From the NCBI GenBank assembly GCA_025201805.1, contig MU619281.1, positions 84,094 through 148,093 on the forward strand: DNA of 64,000 nt, read 5' to 3'. The translations under genes were made by a program, and so were the position numbers. This DNA is from Parasitella parasitica NRRL 2501. Its lineage: Eukaryota > Fungi > Mucoromycota. Under the pieces are notes generated by a model. The model searched no databases, had not been told where the DNA came from, and saw only the letters and a program-made list of their open reading frames with translations. Positions 38,870-52,261 of this stretch are shown here, one piece after another; within the stretch, counting starts at the first letter, position 1; every line of letters starts with the position of its first letter.

Positions 38870-40066
38870 TTAGAAATTAAGATAGGGCTTATGGGTTGCA
38901 TTATAGCTGTCAAGAGCATCCCAGAACTGAGAGACAGTGGCTCTGTCCATGTGTCGTTTACTTCTGTGGATCTGTGGGGAGGGGCGCAATATCAGTTGAA
39001 AATTCCTGTTCATTGCACACAGACAACTTACATTTAGTTCAGTAACTGCCCACTCGGACGCAGGAGCATTGACCTGATCAGAATTCCACTTTGGATAGAA
39101 TCCTTTGACTAGATACAAAACATGAATGCGCATCTCTCAGCAAACAGACAAAATCGCTTACCGTTGCTGAACAACTCTACTGGTTTTTCCCACTTCCAGC
39201 CCTTGAATTGCCACAGCTGACCAGCAACAAAGATACAACACACACGATCCCTACAAAATAGCGGCATCAGTATTACAGCCTTGCGGCCCAGAGTTCCATA
39301 TCCTCTTTACCAGTCAGTCTGTTTGAATTGCGCTACTGAATCCACAATGTGATACGGGACAATTTGTCCATTTGCTTTTTTACGCTCCACTGTAACACGT
39401 TCAGGCTTCTTTAAGCCCTCTTCTCTCAGCACTTGCGAGTCCACATATCTGATTCAAGATTACTATTTGTTTTTTTTTTTTCAAGTCTTGAAACCCTCTC
39501 ATTTTTCTTTTTCGCAAAACTTACATCTGCTCCTCCAGGAACTTTTTGATATTGTATAGTGTGAATTTGGCTGTAGGCGCTGCAGGTACGATAACGAGGG
39601 GAATTTTGTCTCTGCTGGAGAGTTTGGATCCCTTTGCTGCGATGGCTGATTTTGTTGGTTTGGTGGCGGCATTAGCTGATCGTTGTCCGGATGAGCCAGA
39701 CTGTGCTACATGCGTATGAATGTTATACATGTTAATACTTGGCTTTTCTGTGCCCAAATATAAAAAAAAAAGTTACCTGACTTTTGTGCAGCATGGGAGC
39801 GTCCTGCTGGAGCGACCTCCTTCCCAAGGACGAGCTGTTTAGCCAAGTTGATAGCATGCGTAAAGTTCTTTGTTCCCTTCAGCACAGAAGACCGGGTCGT
39901 GATCTCTCTTTCTCGAGCAAGGACTTCCTTGACAAGCTTTATGGAATCGTCAGACTTTAACGGCGCTACTTTTTGTTTTTTGGTCGAGCTTTCTTCCAGG
40001 ATGACATCTTCTTGCGATCGTTTTTCTGCGTTATATTAGACACGGCTGCGAATCATCGACGAGGGA

Positions 40067-40097
<31 letters not shown>

Positions 40098-40479
40098 CTT
40101 TACCTTGTTTATTAACAGACGCTACATTGGGCGACTGATCTACTTTGCCGGTAAGGTAATCTAAAATCTTTCTTCTATCGACAATGGAGACGTGTTCGAT
40201 GCCACGGGCACGGCATTCCTTGAAATAGGCAGAGTTGTCGAGCTGTGCGTTCTGAACTAGGAAAATTAATGTCTCCAAGGTATATGTTTCGTTGTCGGCT
40301 GCGTTGGTCTTTTTAAAGTTGGTGGGCGCATCGCGTGGAAAGGTTGTCTTTTCGTTAAACTGGATCGTTTTAGCGTCAGAGATGTTGGTCACTGTTTGTC
40401 CACCTGCGTCGAGTAAAGACACGGGCTTGTTGCTGATGGTGAATTCTCGAAGAAGGGTAAGCGGATCTGCGGTGGACAT
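38870..40479 (-). CDS. CDC73: Paf1 complex subunit Cdc73/parafibromin, multi-exon
   Basis: [77 protein letters not shown]...FWD. Confidence 0.93.
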
Positions 40480-40822
40480 GGCTACTTGTTTTGTTTGACA
40501 AAGGTGAAAACTGCAGCTTGAGCTTTTTTTGGTTTTTTTTTTTTTTTTTTTATCATCTCAAGAACTCTCCAAGTGACGTCTGCTGCTAGCAAGATGACAG
40601 TATGCAGCATTCGATTCTACCGAACATGCAAAACTAAGCAGCTAAAAAACGCCTTGGCCACTTTTTTTTTCTTTAGATATTCAGCTTGAGCTTGTCAAAT
40701 TCTCATGTTATATAATTGTCTCTGAATTAGGGGCAGTGTTGATTGTTGCTATTTCAAGTGAGAGCTCCACGAGTCAGCCAGGCAGCTCAAAAGAAGCTCT
40801 CATAAGAACAGAGCAACTCCTT

Positions 40823-42492
40823 TTATTTCGCCGTGTTCTTACTAATCATTGCAATCATTCTGTTGCCAATAACTGTGCTCTCGGCAAATTGGTCCTTAAA
40901 GAAAGCCGCCGTCTCCTCAAATCGCTTTCTGTAGCCTTCCATACTTCCAAGAGACACAGACTCGGCCCAGCCTCTGGCGCATGTAACAAACTCCATATCA
41001 TCAGGGCGAATATCCTTGCGGTGCAAAGCCGCATTAATGGCATCGTCCAGCATTGCTTGGTTACGAAACAGATACTCTGTAATGCCCCTATGTTAGCTGT
41101 GTTAGATGCATTTCGGCCCGGCGTAACGAAACTGGTACTTTACATCCACATTCTGAATAACGGTGTTTGGCACACCAGGTGCTCGTATGGATTCAATTCC
41201 AACTTGTGCCAACAATCTACCATGGCTAATAATGACAAATGCGAGTTTGGTGTTCGCTGCTCCTTGGGGATCTTCGACAGCGAGAACTCATCCAAGATCT
41301 TGTCGTCCAACAAGATGGGGACATGGTCTTTTTGTAGCCCGCCAAACACAAACTGGCCTGCCTCCTTTACTCGAGCACGGAATTCGTCTTCTTTCTCTTG
41401 AATCATCAATTTAAACAGGTCGGCTACACTCAATGCATACTGTGTGATTTGCTGGTTGGCGATTGGATTCATGATGGCAAGGCCGGCGTACACGTGCCAC
41501 TTGTTGCTGTAGATGCGTAGCGCCACGTTGACCTTGACATTTTCAATTCCACCTGTAAAATGAGGCAATAGCCACTATTACCCTTTGTGAATCAAGAAAT
41601 CCCTCCAAAAAAAAAACTCTCTGCCTGGACTTACAGGAAACTGAGCATTGGCTCTCCATGCGCTGCCCATGGTTAAAAATGCAGCATGTGTCACTGCCTG
41701 TGTGTCTGCTGTAATACGGTCGTGCTCCTTGGCGCTAAGATGCGCAATGTTGGAATTGAAGCAAGATAAAATCTTCAAAACAAGGTCTAGTTTTTCATCG
41801 GTGGCCCGGTGTTTAATGACAATTAAAGGCTGTCCCTTGGGATCTACACCTGGTCCATGCATAGAGTGGCATGAAATAATGTGTACGTCGTCTGGCAGGT
41901 ATTTTTCCAATGCTTCCACTTCGGGTTTTTTGACAGACGTCTAGAGAAAAACAACATCAGCGTGCCTGTTTTCGTATGCGCTGATCTGCTTGCTATACCT
42001 GACCGCCTACAATCGCTCCAATCTTTGTGGCTAAAATTAAAGAGCATGAGCCATGATTCCATGTGTTGCAGCTGTGCAAATACCTGGGCCATATTTCTTA
42101 ACAACGGCGTCAATGTATTCTGCTTCAACAGCATACATGATCCAATCACAACGTCTTGAAATATGATATCCATCAGGAAACACTTTGATACTGGTACCTT
42201 ATTTTTTTTTTACCAAGGAAAAAGGTTTAGTTCAATTCACACCAGATCATTACAAATGTTACAATACCTTCAAAATCCTTTTTTGTGCTCTCGTATTTCT
42301 CTGGAAGATCGCAAATGTTCACACTGTAATCAACGCGCACAATGCCCATCGTTAGTCTTATTCCTCAAATTAACATCATTACAGGAGTTACTTTTTCCAG
42401 CCAGCTTTGGACATGGTTTGAGCATAAAAACGGCCCATTCCACCAGCACCAATTATACCAAGCTCAATCGTTTCTTTTTCTTGTTCGTACAT
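40823..42492 (-). CDS. TYR1: Prephenate dehydrogenase (NADP+), multi-exon
   Basis: LGIIGAGGMGRFYA, CHSMHGPGVDPKGQPL, HDRITADTQAVTHAAFLTMG, GGIENVKVN..RIYSNKWHVYAGLAIMNP, NSHLSLLAMVDCW. Confidence 0.95.
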
Positions 42493-42919
42493 GTCTGTAT
42501 GTAGCAGAGGACAAGAAAAAAAAGAGAAGAAAAAGAACTCTGTGTAGTCATCTCGGGTTGTGCGGGCTGTCAAAAAGGTCATGAAAGAGTCATAACCTTG
42601 CCCAACGCTCCTTGGAATCATCAGCTTGCCATTCAGCACTGTATGCATGCTCTGAATTGTAAAGCTTCAAATGAGCTGATGCTTAAAAGCTGACTCTTGA
42701 AAAAAAAATAGAAAATAGCTGCAGCTATATAGACAGTAGAGGGAATAATCTAAAGTTTATTATCATATACATAATCTAGAGGGATGCAGGGTCATGAAGG
42801 TTGTTGTTACATATGAAAAAGTGAGTAATAAATAGTAAAATTGAAAGAGCTAGTGCCAAGCTTTTTTCTATAATTTGTGTGCATTATATACAGTTGTTTA
42901 GATGGAAATTTTGGCTCGT

Positions 42920-44191
42920 CTATACGATTCGGATATAGCTGTCCTGTCGGATTTCATCATTGCTCGAAATTAGAGCAGAGTCGTCTCTGGGCACATCAGG
43001 GCCAGAACTGGTAATCTTGATATTTCCATGATATGCAGATAATCTTGCTGGAATTGAAGGCGACAGGTGAAAGGAGCCTATTGCTTTAGGGCTATACATA
43101 CAAGTATTCAGATAATTAGTAAGAGCGTCTTATGCAATCCAACCAACGGCCTAAACTTACTTGACTATCACTGTCGTGACAACGAGCGTTGATGCCAGCG
43201 TGGTATCAAACATCAAAACAATGGTCATGGCCAGGTTCAGTTTACGGTATTGCGAAAAATACTCTCTTATAATGCTGTATAAGAATCGAATAATCGAGAA
43301 TGAGAGCAAACAAGTGATGCTGATGGACATGATCATGCGGGCCTATTGTAAAAAGTTAGCAACTTGCACCCTTTTTTCTTTTGATTTTAGTATAAAGATA
43401 ACTACTTTGAAAAGCCCATTTTTGATTTTTTCTACGGCTGCCAAATTGCCCACTTCAATTTGGCTGACCAAAAGCTGTTTCAAAATCTTGATCAGTCGTA
43501 ACCCAGCAAATAAAAGCCAAGCCGTCAATATAAGCCAATACACCAACCATTGGTAGTTTCGTGCATCTTCAAACTTCTGGGCCATTTCCAAATTTCCTTG
43601 CTGTATATAAAGAGCTGTCGCAATAAAGCAAGCATTGGTCGTAATAAACGGCAGCGCAATAAATACAGTGCAAACAACGTCGACCTTGTTGACTGACATT
43701 CTGTACCACCTACTTCCAATCTGCTCATTGCTCTATTATTTGTTCCCATTAGCTTTGTTATGTTTTACGCTATAAGCAACATAAAGTATATGCTTACACT
43801 GCAGATTGTATGAACAAGGCCAAACAAGTAACATGCATACGAACATGTGCAAAATTGCCACGGTAAAACTTTTAACACTATCCATACAATGAATTAGGTT
43901 GCTATAGAACACGAATGTTTACTACGTGGACAACTTACACTCTCTAACAAAGGAATTGGGTGCTGCTGCATCGGTGAGAGTGACGATGGTGTTTAATGTT
44001 CTGACTATATGTAGCCACGTTACTATTGTGTCAAATTATTGATCGATAAGGCCATGTATATTTACGCAAATTAAAGATGATCCCGAACAGCAGCATAGAT
44101 TCGATCGGTTTTGGTCGTAAAAAAAATCTATGTGGAAAATCGAATATAGGCAGCTTCATGTTGACTACTCGATGCCACAACAATCCTGAAC
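42920..44191 (-). CDS. Uncharacterised 7TM membrane protein, array copy 1 (exon 1 probably lost in the N gap at 44192-44406)
   Basis: GLLWHRVV..LPIFDF...RPKPIESMLLFG, LPWQF..CYLFGLVHTIC, GLRLIKILKQ, KNGLFKVRM, TLVVTTVIVNPKA. Same intron positions as the other copies. Confidence 0.8.
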
Positions 44192-46029
44192 NNNNNNNNN
44201 NNNNNNNNNNNNNNNNNNNNNNNNNNNNNNNNNNNNNNNNNNNNNNNNNNNNNNNNNNNNNNNNNNNNNNNNNNNNNNNNNNNNNNNNNNNNNNNNNNNN
44301 NNNNNNNNNNNNNNNNNNNNNNNNNNNNNNNNNNNNNNNNNNNNNNNNNNNNNNNNNNNNNNNNNNNNNNNNNNNNNNNNNNNNNNNNNNNNNNNNNNNN
44401 NNNNNNTTTCTCTCTTTCGGTTTGAAGATGAAAAGAGAAAGGATGAAATGAAAAATAAATGAAATGAGTTAATGAAACATGATTTGTAAGGGTCAAGGAG
44501 GTGAAAACAGACATTTCATTTAGCAGATATACCCTAAAATGGTCTATCATTGTTTGCATTTCGTACAGTTTTTGATTTACATACATGCTAATGTCACAGG
44601 TAAAAATTTCAGTAAAAAAAAAAAAAAAATCGTATAAATATAGTTTATTGAATTATTCATTGTTCTAATATTGAATGTCATCTGATCTAATATCGATGAG
44701 ACAATATGCTGATGGTTTGCTAATAAAAACAATGAATTAAAGTACTGGAGTGTGAAAAAGCCAATGATTTGTACTTTCATTGTGCAGATGCAGATATGTA
44801 GATAAAACTCTGCTTGCTTAAATTGGAAGTCAGGGTTTTTGCTGTACAAAACTAGATGCACCAGTTTTAAAAATGTCTTCTAATAGTACTCTGCTGCTTC
44901 CTTCTCAAAACAAAGAAACAAGAAGAAACACCCGCATTAGTGAGCATTCCTAGAAAAACATCTTGATGAATAGAGTTACCAAGGTTTTTATCTTGGTCCA
45001 CATCAGTTACCTACATCATTGATTGACACAGTAAAACCTGCAAAAGACAAGCCGCAAGGTAAAAAGAGTTCCATCAATCGCAAAACTCACCAAAGAGCAT
45101 AACGAATCTGTTAGACAATGACTCTCCTTGAAAATAAAGAAACGTGGGCTTTTGGTCTTCTTTGGAGCTAGCCGGCATGTACAGTTTGGATACTCATGTC
45201 TCGGGCTATCGACACATTTATAGACGGAACATGCTGTACACTGTCAAGAATGAGTTGCATAATGCTATTTTCGCGCTGAACTGAATTCAGAAAATTAGAA
45301 ACATATGGTACTTTTTCAGTGTATACAGTACACTCTTATCTTCCGATCTTATCGTCCATATCGGAAATAGCCTTTTTTAAAAAAGGCTATAAAAAAGAGG
45401 CTCAATTTGCGCAGCAATAGCTTTTTCCTTTTCCTTTTTCTCTCTCTACAACCGTTCGCGTCCAAACCGACGAGAGAACATAAGCATATTAAGCTCTCAC
45501 TCTCATTTGAAACCATCCTTCTAGTAAGGACAAGTCCCGAAAGATGATGTTGGCAATTCAAGTGTTACTGATCTTTTTGTCTCGAAGTCTTTCGCTTGAT
45601 ATCAGATCTTGAGGTCTGCTATCGGGTCTAGGGTTTAGCTTACGGATTTTTTAAGCTTGCTCTTTTGCCTGATATGTTGTTAGCTTCCTCGCCAAGTTTC
45701 TAAGAAACAATATTATATAAATATATGAAAATGAAAAATAAAGCGATAAATTGTAGCAGAGCAAAAGTAAAATCGATAATGTTTTGAGTATTAAATAAAT
45801 AGTTTAGTAAAGAGGTATATTATATACAAGGTTCACCGTTTTCTGTTGACCAAGTCAAAAGGGGCTATATCTGTAAAAACGTCCTCTACTCCACTATTAC
45901 TACACTATCTGCCAAAGTATCTCGCTTGCGTTCCGTCGCAGTACTTTATGGTTCAATATCTTTTATCGCGATTTTGCGGTATCCATTGCGTTGTGTTCGT
46001 CGTCATCTGCTATATGAATTCATCTATTG

Positions 46030-47081
46030 CTACGGTTCGTACCATACTTTCCATAGCGTCCCACCCCCTGTATATGAATGTGTTACTTGAGTTGCTTTCT
46101 GTCCCATTTTGTGCCCGCAGGTCTAAACCTAGTGCATTTTTTTTTTTCCAGCAACCAGCCGTATTCGCGTGCTTGCATTAGCCTCGACATGTTTGTGGTG
46201 TCCAACAAGAACCCTGATTTTTGATTCTGTTCCAATACCCTCGGCCTACAATCCAACCACCGGTAAATCAGAAGCCACATCTTCAAGCACGACCTCTCCA
46301 AAAGTCTCTGTACATGACGAGAAGGTGAAAATATCAGCCGATACATACGTAGTAGCAAGATCACCGCCTTGCAGATAACCCTGCAAAGGTGACAGGAGTC
46401 TGTCGACGTCTACCACAATCTTTTTGAATAGAGTCAAATGCAGAGCCATGGCATATGGGTGTGATTTATTTGCTTGTAGCTTGTCAGCACTAGCCCTAAT
46501 TCTTTTCGTATAAACCCCTTTTTTTACATACAAGATGACGACAAAAGGAATCGTACCAATTTCCTCTGCGTCTCCTCCCTTATCTTCAATCGATCTGAAT
46601 ACTGATGAAGTGAAACCATTACCGTATTAATTCCTCACGGGGCCATATCCGAAGAGGTTTGAACCTTTTTGTCGATAAGATGTGCCGTGTAGATACAAAT
46701 GGACAGGCTGTATAAGCGCAATAAGAGTAGCCGTATTGAGTGCAGTAAGTGTCTAAGTTTGTGTGATACGAGGGACGCTCTTGTTTTTGAACAAGCATGA
46801 AAATACAGCGCAAATATGAACGGGATTGACGAGGTGGATTGACATGCGGGTCGAATTCAAGCAGTTTTTCTGTAAAACCAGGTCTCCACAGACTCAGCTT
46901 GAGCCCGGGATAAGGCAGAAGGGGAATACTGGCATAAACGTCCATGTCATGTACTTTCGGGCACAAACACGATGACTGTATGACCTGTGGCTTGAAGATG
47001 TTCCCAAAAGCCTTGTCAGCGTCCGCGTATCACCATCGATTTTTAGGCATAGGAATTCTCCGTAATGATAGCGATGCGCAC
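46030..47081 (-). pseudogene. GT4-family glycosyltransferase (MgtA/PimB/SQD2-like) pseudogene
   Basis: VRIAIITEN..KIDG..RTLTRLL, IPLLPYPGLKL, SYHTNL, WPR, GYLQGGDLATTYVSADIFTFSSCTETFGEVVLEDVASDLPVVGL, scattered over three frames with stops. Confidence 0.8.
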
Positions 47082-47856
47082 TATTGTTTGAAGACTTGAC
47101 CCAATCGAGAAGGGCCTGTGTAATCATAACAGAAGAAAAACAACACGATCAAACAAGAGCGATTATTTCACACCCGCAATGCCGCCTTGAATTCTTGATG
47201 TTTCTTGAGTCGACGTTATCGACGGAAAGGCATCGGTCAGCAAATATCTGGCACTTTTCTTAACATATTATGGCGAAGCCCTTGAGTGTGCTTGGCGTTT
47301 GCTGCTTACCTGACCCAAGATCACATTATCGTTTTCTTTTTTATGGATCTGTAAGAGGATGACGGGGAAATTTCTACTCTTTTGTTTGCGATGTATACAG
47401 ATTGTGTTTGTGTATCGCTCATTGTGTGTAACAGATCAGTCTGTAACCGACAAGTGGCTCAACTCCCGATTATACCATCATGTTGTTCTTTTCCAGAGAT
47501 TCCTGTATGCCAAGACTGCTCAGGAAATAGGAAGGCGCTTACGTAGCGAGTGCTAGCTGATTCAGGTAGTGGGTACATGTTTGGCATCAAGTGATGGGCC
47601 TTTTTCCCACTGGAGCAGTGCATTGCCGCCGAGTCAATTGAGGCTGAAGGAACAAGAGTTTGACGCTGTATTAGGCATGAGCAATGTTAGATTCGTTCAT
47701 TATAATGTACCTGGTTTATTTTTACTTTTATTTTTATTTTATTTTTTTGTTGCGGAGTTGCCCAGAACGTAAATGTGTATAAATAAGTACAACGCAATAG
47801 AAAAAGAGCCCCTCTTTCTTCTTCTTTCCACTCTGGAGTATTTTGCAACAGTATCA

Positions 47857-50800
47857 ATGAAATACATCTGTAGCCTTTTGTCTACAATCCTTCTTTTTTC
47901 CATTGTGCAGTGTAAGTGCCCTCTTTGTTCTCTGTCTAGGTCTGATCTATTTACATCTGAATCAAACAGGTCACAGTGTGAACAACAAACAGCTACTGTG
48001 GGTCGAGCCGGTTTCAGCGATAAAACTGGACATAACACCACGCCCTGACCATTTCTTTGCAAAAAGAGACATATCGAAAAACAGCAACTACCAGCCCAAT
48101 GCTCGCTCCCTACAGTACGACGACGTGCTTCGACTGTCCGTCAGCGCCTACAACAAAACAATGTTCCTCCATTTGGCCCCTAATCTCGACTTATTCCACC
48201 CCAACGCCGTTTTCCACAGCAACGGCGTCTCCACAAGAGTCAACCCTGCTGATTTCAGAGTGTATCGAGGCTACGTTATTGACGACATATACTCTGATCA
48301 CTGGTGGATTTCTGGCTTACTGCAGGATGAAAAGGAAATGGAAAATCAACCAGGTGTGTTGGGCTGGGCTAGAATTGTGGTCAGAAATGATATAAAGTAA
48401 ATGGGTAAAAAAAAAAGCACGCAACCAAAATGCTGTATTAACCGCATAAAGTAGACATGATTTGGAACATCCTCTGTTCGAAGGCGCATTCACTGTCTAT
48501 GGAGACACTCACCATATCAAACTGAGGGACAACTATCAGCTAACAAAGCGATCGGACGACGCTGAGCTTGCACACCGAGACGCAGATATGGTCATGTACC
48601 GTGATTCTGACACGGTCCTCAAACAATTGGCTGAGGATTCACATAGTGGTGGCGAATGTGGTTTCGATAGCTTGACTCATATCTCTAAGCGCTCGTACAA
48701 TCCGCTCACCCTCGATTTTGACACAAGCAGCAATTTTGCAGTAAAGAACTCTTACCGCAATATTTTCGGCAACAGCGGTAAAACGCTATCCAAACGAGCT
48801 CCAGCTGGCTGTCCGACTTCCCAAAGAGGTAAAAATACATATAAACATTACACTCATAGACACACAAACAATTAACAGCGTAACTACCAGTGCTTTATAT
48901 GGGCGCAGCCGCAGATTGCACCTATGTAAAATACTACCAATCGGCCGATAATGCTCGTATGCAGATTATCAACGACTGGAATTCTGTGAGCTCGGTTTAT
49001 TCATCTACATTTAATGTCGGTATCGGCTTGATCAACATTACCATTATGGATTCGTCTTGTCCCACCACACCCGTCACTGCGACAAACTGGAACCAAGCTT
49101 GCTCTACCGGCTATTCGATATCATCCAGGCTGAGCGATTTTAGCCAATGGAGAGGACGCATCGGTGATGATGGTGCTGGTTTGTGGCATTTGATGACCAA
49201 CTGCGCGTAAGTAACAACACACTGCTTTTTAGCCGAAAACAAGCCCTCTAACTCGTTTTGGAAACAACAAAGCACTGGTGCCGAAGTAGGAATCGCATGG
49301 ATGAGCCAGGTGTGTAATACAGGTTCGATTAGGTCGAGCTCGACAGGCGAGTATACGTCAGGAACAGGTGTCTCGTCTATCAGTAAGTTTGCTTTCGTCA
49401 ATGTAGGCATGATTCGCTGACCAATGGATCCATAGTTCGGGATGAATGGAAGGTTGTTGCCCATGAAATAGGGCATGGCTTTGGTAAGAAATGGATGAAA
49501 TATTTAATTGATAACAGATAACCAACTTTTTTTTTTTTTTTTTTTAAAAAAAAATTTGTAGGAGCCATTCATGATTGCACTTCTCAGAGTTGCCCATGCT
49601 CGGGGTCAAGTTGCGGATGCTGTCCCTACAGTTCAAGTCAATGTGACGCAGGAGGAAAATACTTTATGAACCCCACCAGCAATGCTTCGTCTGACGCTTT
49701 CAGTCCTTGCAGCATTTCTACTATTTGCTCCAGCATGTCTGATTTTACAAGTTGTTTGGAAGGTATGCAATTTCCAAGCGGCACATGTATATTTTATAAG
49801 CGTCTAACAATATTACGTCTGTAGCCCCTGGATCAAGAAATACCACCTCTTTACAACAATGCGGCAACGGCATCAAAGAATCTGGCGAAGATTGTGACAC
49901 TGGTGGACAAGAAAGTGCTTGCTGTGATCCTAAAACTTGTAAATTCAAAGCTGGCGCTGTGTGCGAGTACGTTGTTTTCATATCAGAGACTATTATCGCA
50001 TATTAATTTCCATGAACAGTGATTTCAACGACCTTTGTTGCAACAATTGTCAGATTAGACCCGCCAATTACACATGCCGTCCTGCCTCCACCGAATGTGA
50101 TATTGCAGAAGTATGCTCAGGTACTTCTGGTGATTGCCCTGAAGACAAGTACAAACCCGACCTCACGGACTGTGGAAATGGCTTAAAGTGTGCTGCTGGT
50201 CAATGTACTTCTCGTGATAGGCAATGCGTGTCTCGTGGCTCTAGTATGAACATTTCAAAGGCATGCAGCGCTGACAGCAGCTGTGCTGTCATTTGCCAAT
50301 CGCCTGGGTCTGCCATGAGCTGCTATCACTTCCCTGGTTACTTTGTTGATGGCACGCCTTGTGGTCTTGGCGGTACCTGTAAATCCGGATCTTGCGATAG
50401 CAGCAACTTTGCTAGCAATGCCAAGAACTGGATTGACAGCCATCTGCAGATTTTCATTCCTGTCGCCATCGTCGTTGGCCTGCTGTTGCTGCTTTGCTTG
50501 TTCCGTTGTTGCTGTTACGGTGGCAGAGGAGGCTATAACAACATTGCAAAGACTACAACCTATGTCATCCCAGCACAGCAGTCGCAGCATTATCCCGCTC
50601 AATACAGCAACACGCAGCCACCTTACTATCCTCCTCCTACTGGACAGCAACCCTACTACCCTCCTAATTCCGGCTGGGTGGATCCAGCACAGTACAATGG
50701 CAGAGACGCAAACTATAGCCCTCAGCAACCTCTTCCGGTTTATACGCAAACTGACAATCACTCTAACGCCTACGAACTCAATAATGCAAATCAATGGCAA

Positions 50801-50962
50801 AGCAATAATCGTGGCATGGCAAGTCCTCCTATTCCTAGCTCTCCAGCACCAGGATATCAACAAATGCCCTCCAGTCCATCACCAGCGCCTGTAAATTCGC
50901 CTCCCGCTCCTCCGACGCACAACAACGGTGGCGCGAGACCATATAATGAGGGGGTCATCTAA
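47857..50962 (+). CDS. ADAM-family zinc metalloprotease (prodomain, M12B, disintegrin, Cys-rich, TM, Pro/Tyr-rich tail)
   Basis: Signal peptide; cysteine-switch-like ECGFD; AHEIGHGFG|AIHDC zinc motif; Met-turn YFMNP; CGNGIKESGEDCD and CRPASTECDIAEVCSG; TM helix IFIPVAIVVGLLLLL. Confidence 0.94.
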
Positions 50963-52261
50963 AATTTCTTATATATAGATTTCCACCACCCAAACCCCTA
51001 GAGCAACTTTATGCTTGTTGTTTTTCATTTCCTTGTATTTTTAGCTTATTTATTTATGCAACTATTCCCTCACTCTTATAAAAAGAAAGAAATACTCTGT
51101 ACAATGCAATGTATAATAAACGTGTACTTATGCGAAGGCAGACTCGCAACAGTTAAAACTTCTGATTGCTAGAAAGCAAATATTAGAGATACAATAAAAA
51201 TTGCTATCTGCATCATTCTAAAATTGATATTTTAAAGGTATAAAGTTTGTTAAGAATTCAAACAGTGATGAAATCATACAAAAACAAAATGGTGGTATGC
51301 TTGAACTCATAACGTAGACTTATTAGCGACGTCTTGGATTTGACGCAAAAAAAAAAAAAAAAAAAAAAAAAAATGAATCGAAAACAAGTTTTGACTTGAT
51401 AACTTATTTGCTAAAAGTACGGCCAGAAAGGTGTATACAGGTAGTTTTTATACAATGGCATTTCTCAGTGATACATGATAAAAATGTATATTTTTCGAAT
51501 GGTCAGGACCCCAAGGATTTATAAAGAGCGCACATTAATGCAATATATAATTATTTATTATCATTTTTTGGCCGTTTATTGTAGATAATACAGTGTTATA
51601 GCAATAGTCTGATGAGTATGATGGCCATTGTTGTATCATTAGATGCGCTTTTTAATAAAGTCGTATCGGGTACTCTTATGTTTCCTGTTTTTTTTACAAG
51701 ACACAAAGAATGGCGCATCATAAATACTGTAGGGTCCCCGTTTGTTTTGAAGAATGACACCCAGGTATATATATGTACATTAGAATCATTCAAGTTGTCA
51801 AGCACTTGATTATGTCCATTGCACAAACAATGAAACTTCAAGCGGCGTTTCCCTTTTAGGTTTTGCATTTTAGCTTCAAGATCAGCGTTATATCTTATAA
51901 TATACCGTAGTAATGGATCAAGATTAATAGAAGAGCCGAGTGTATAGAAACGGTTATTCCTATAATAGTGCGAATACTATGCAATTATATCACGAAGCTT
52001 ATTGAGACAATAGATAATTTACTATTTCCTTTCGTTCACGCATCGGTTATTTGATTTACATATAAAGAAGGATGGCCTCGTCCAAGCGACTCGCTTGACA
52101 TTCGCGTGATATATTATGTGTATGCAGACAAAGGGAAAAAGCATTATTGTCATATGAGGGGTTCATTGGAAAGTCGTTTTCTCTATTTAATGCCAAAGTC
52201 TATTCTGTTTCTACTATCTTCTTCATTTATTCACTCTTTTCCCTTCCTGAACATAAAAATT

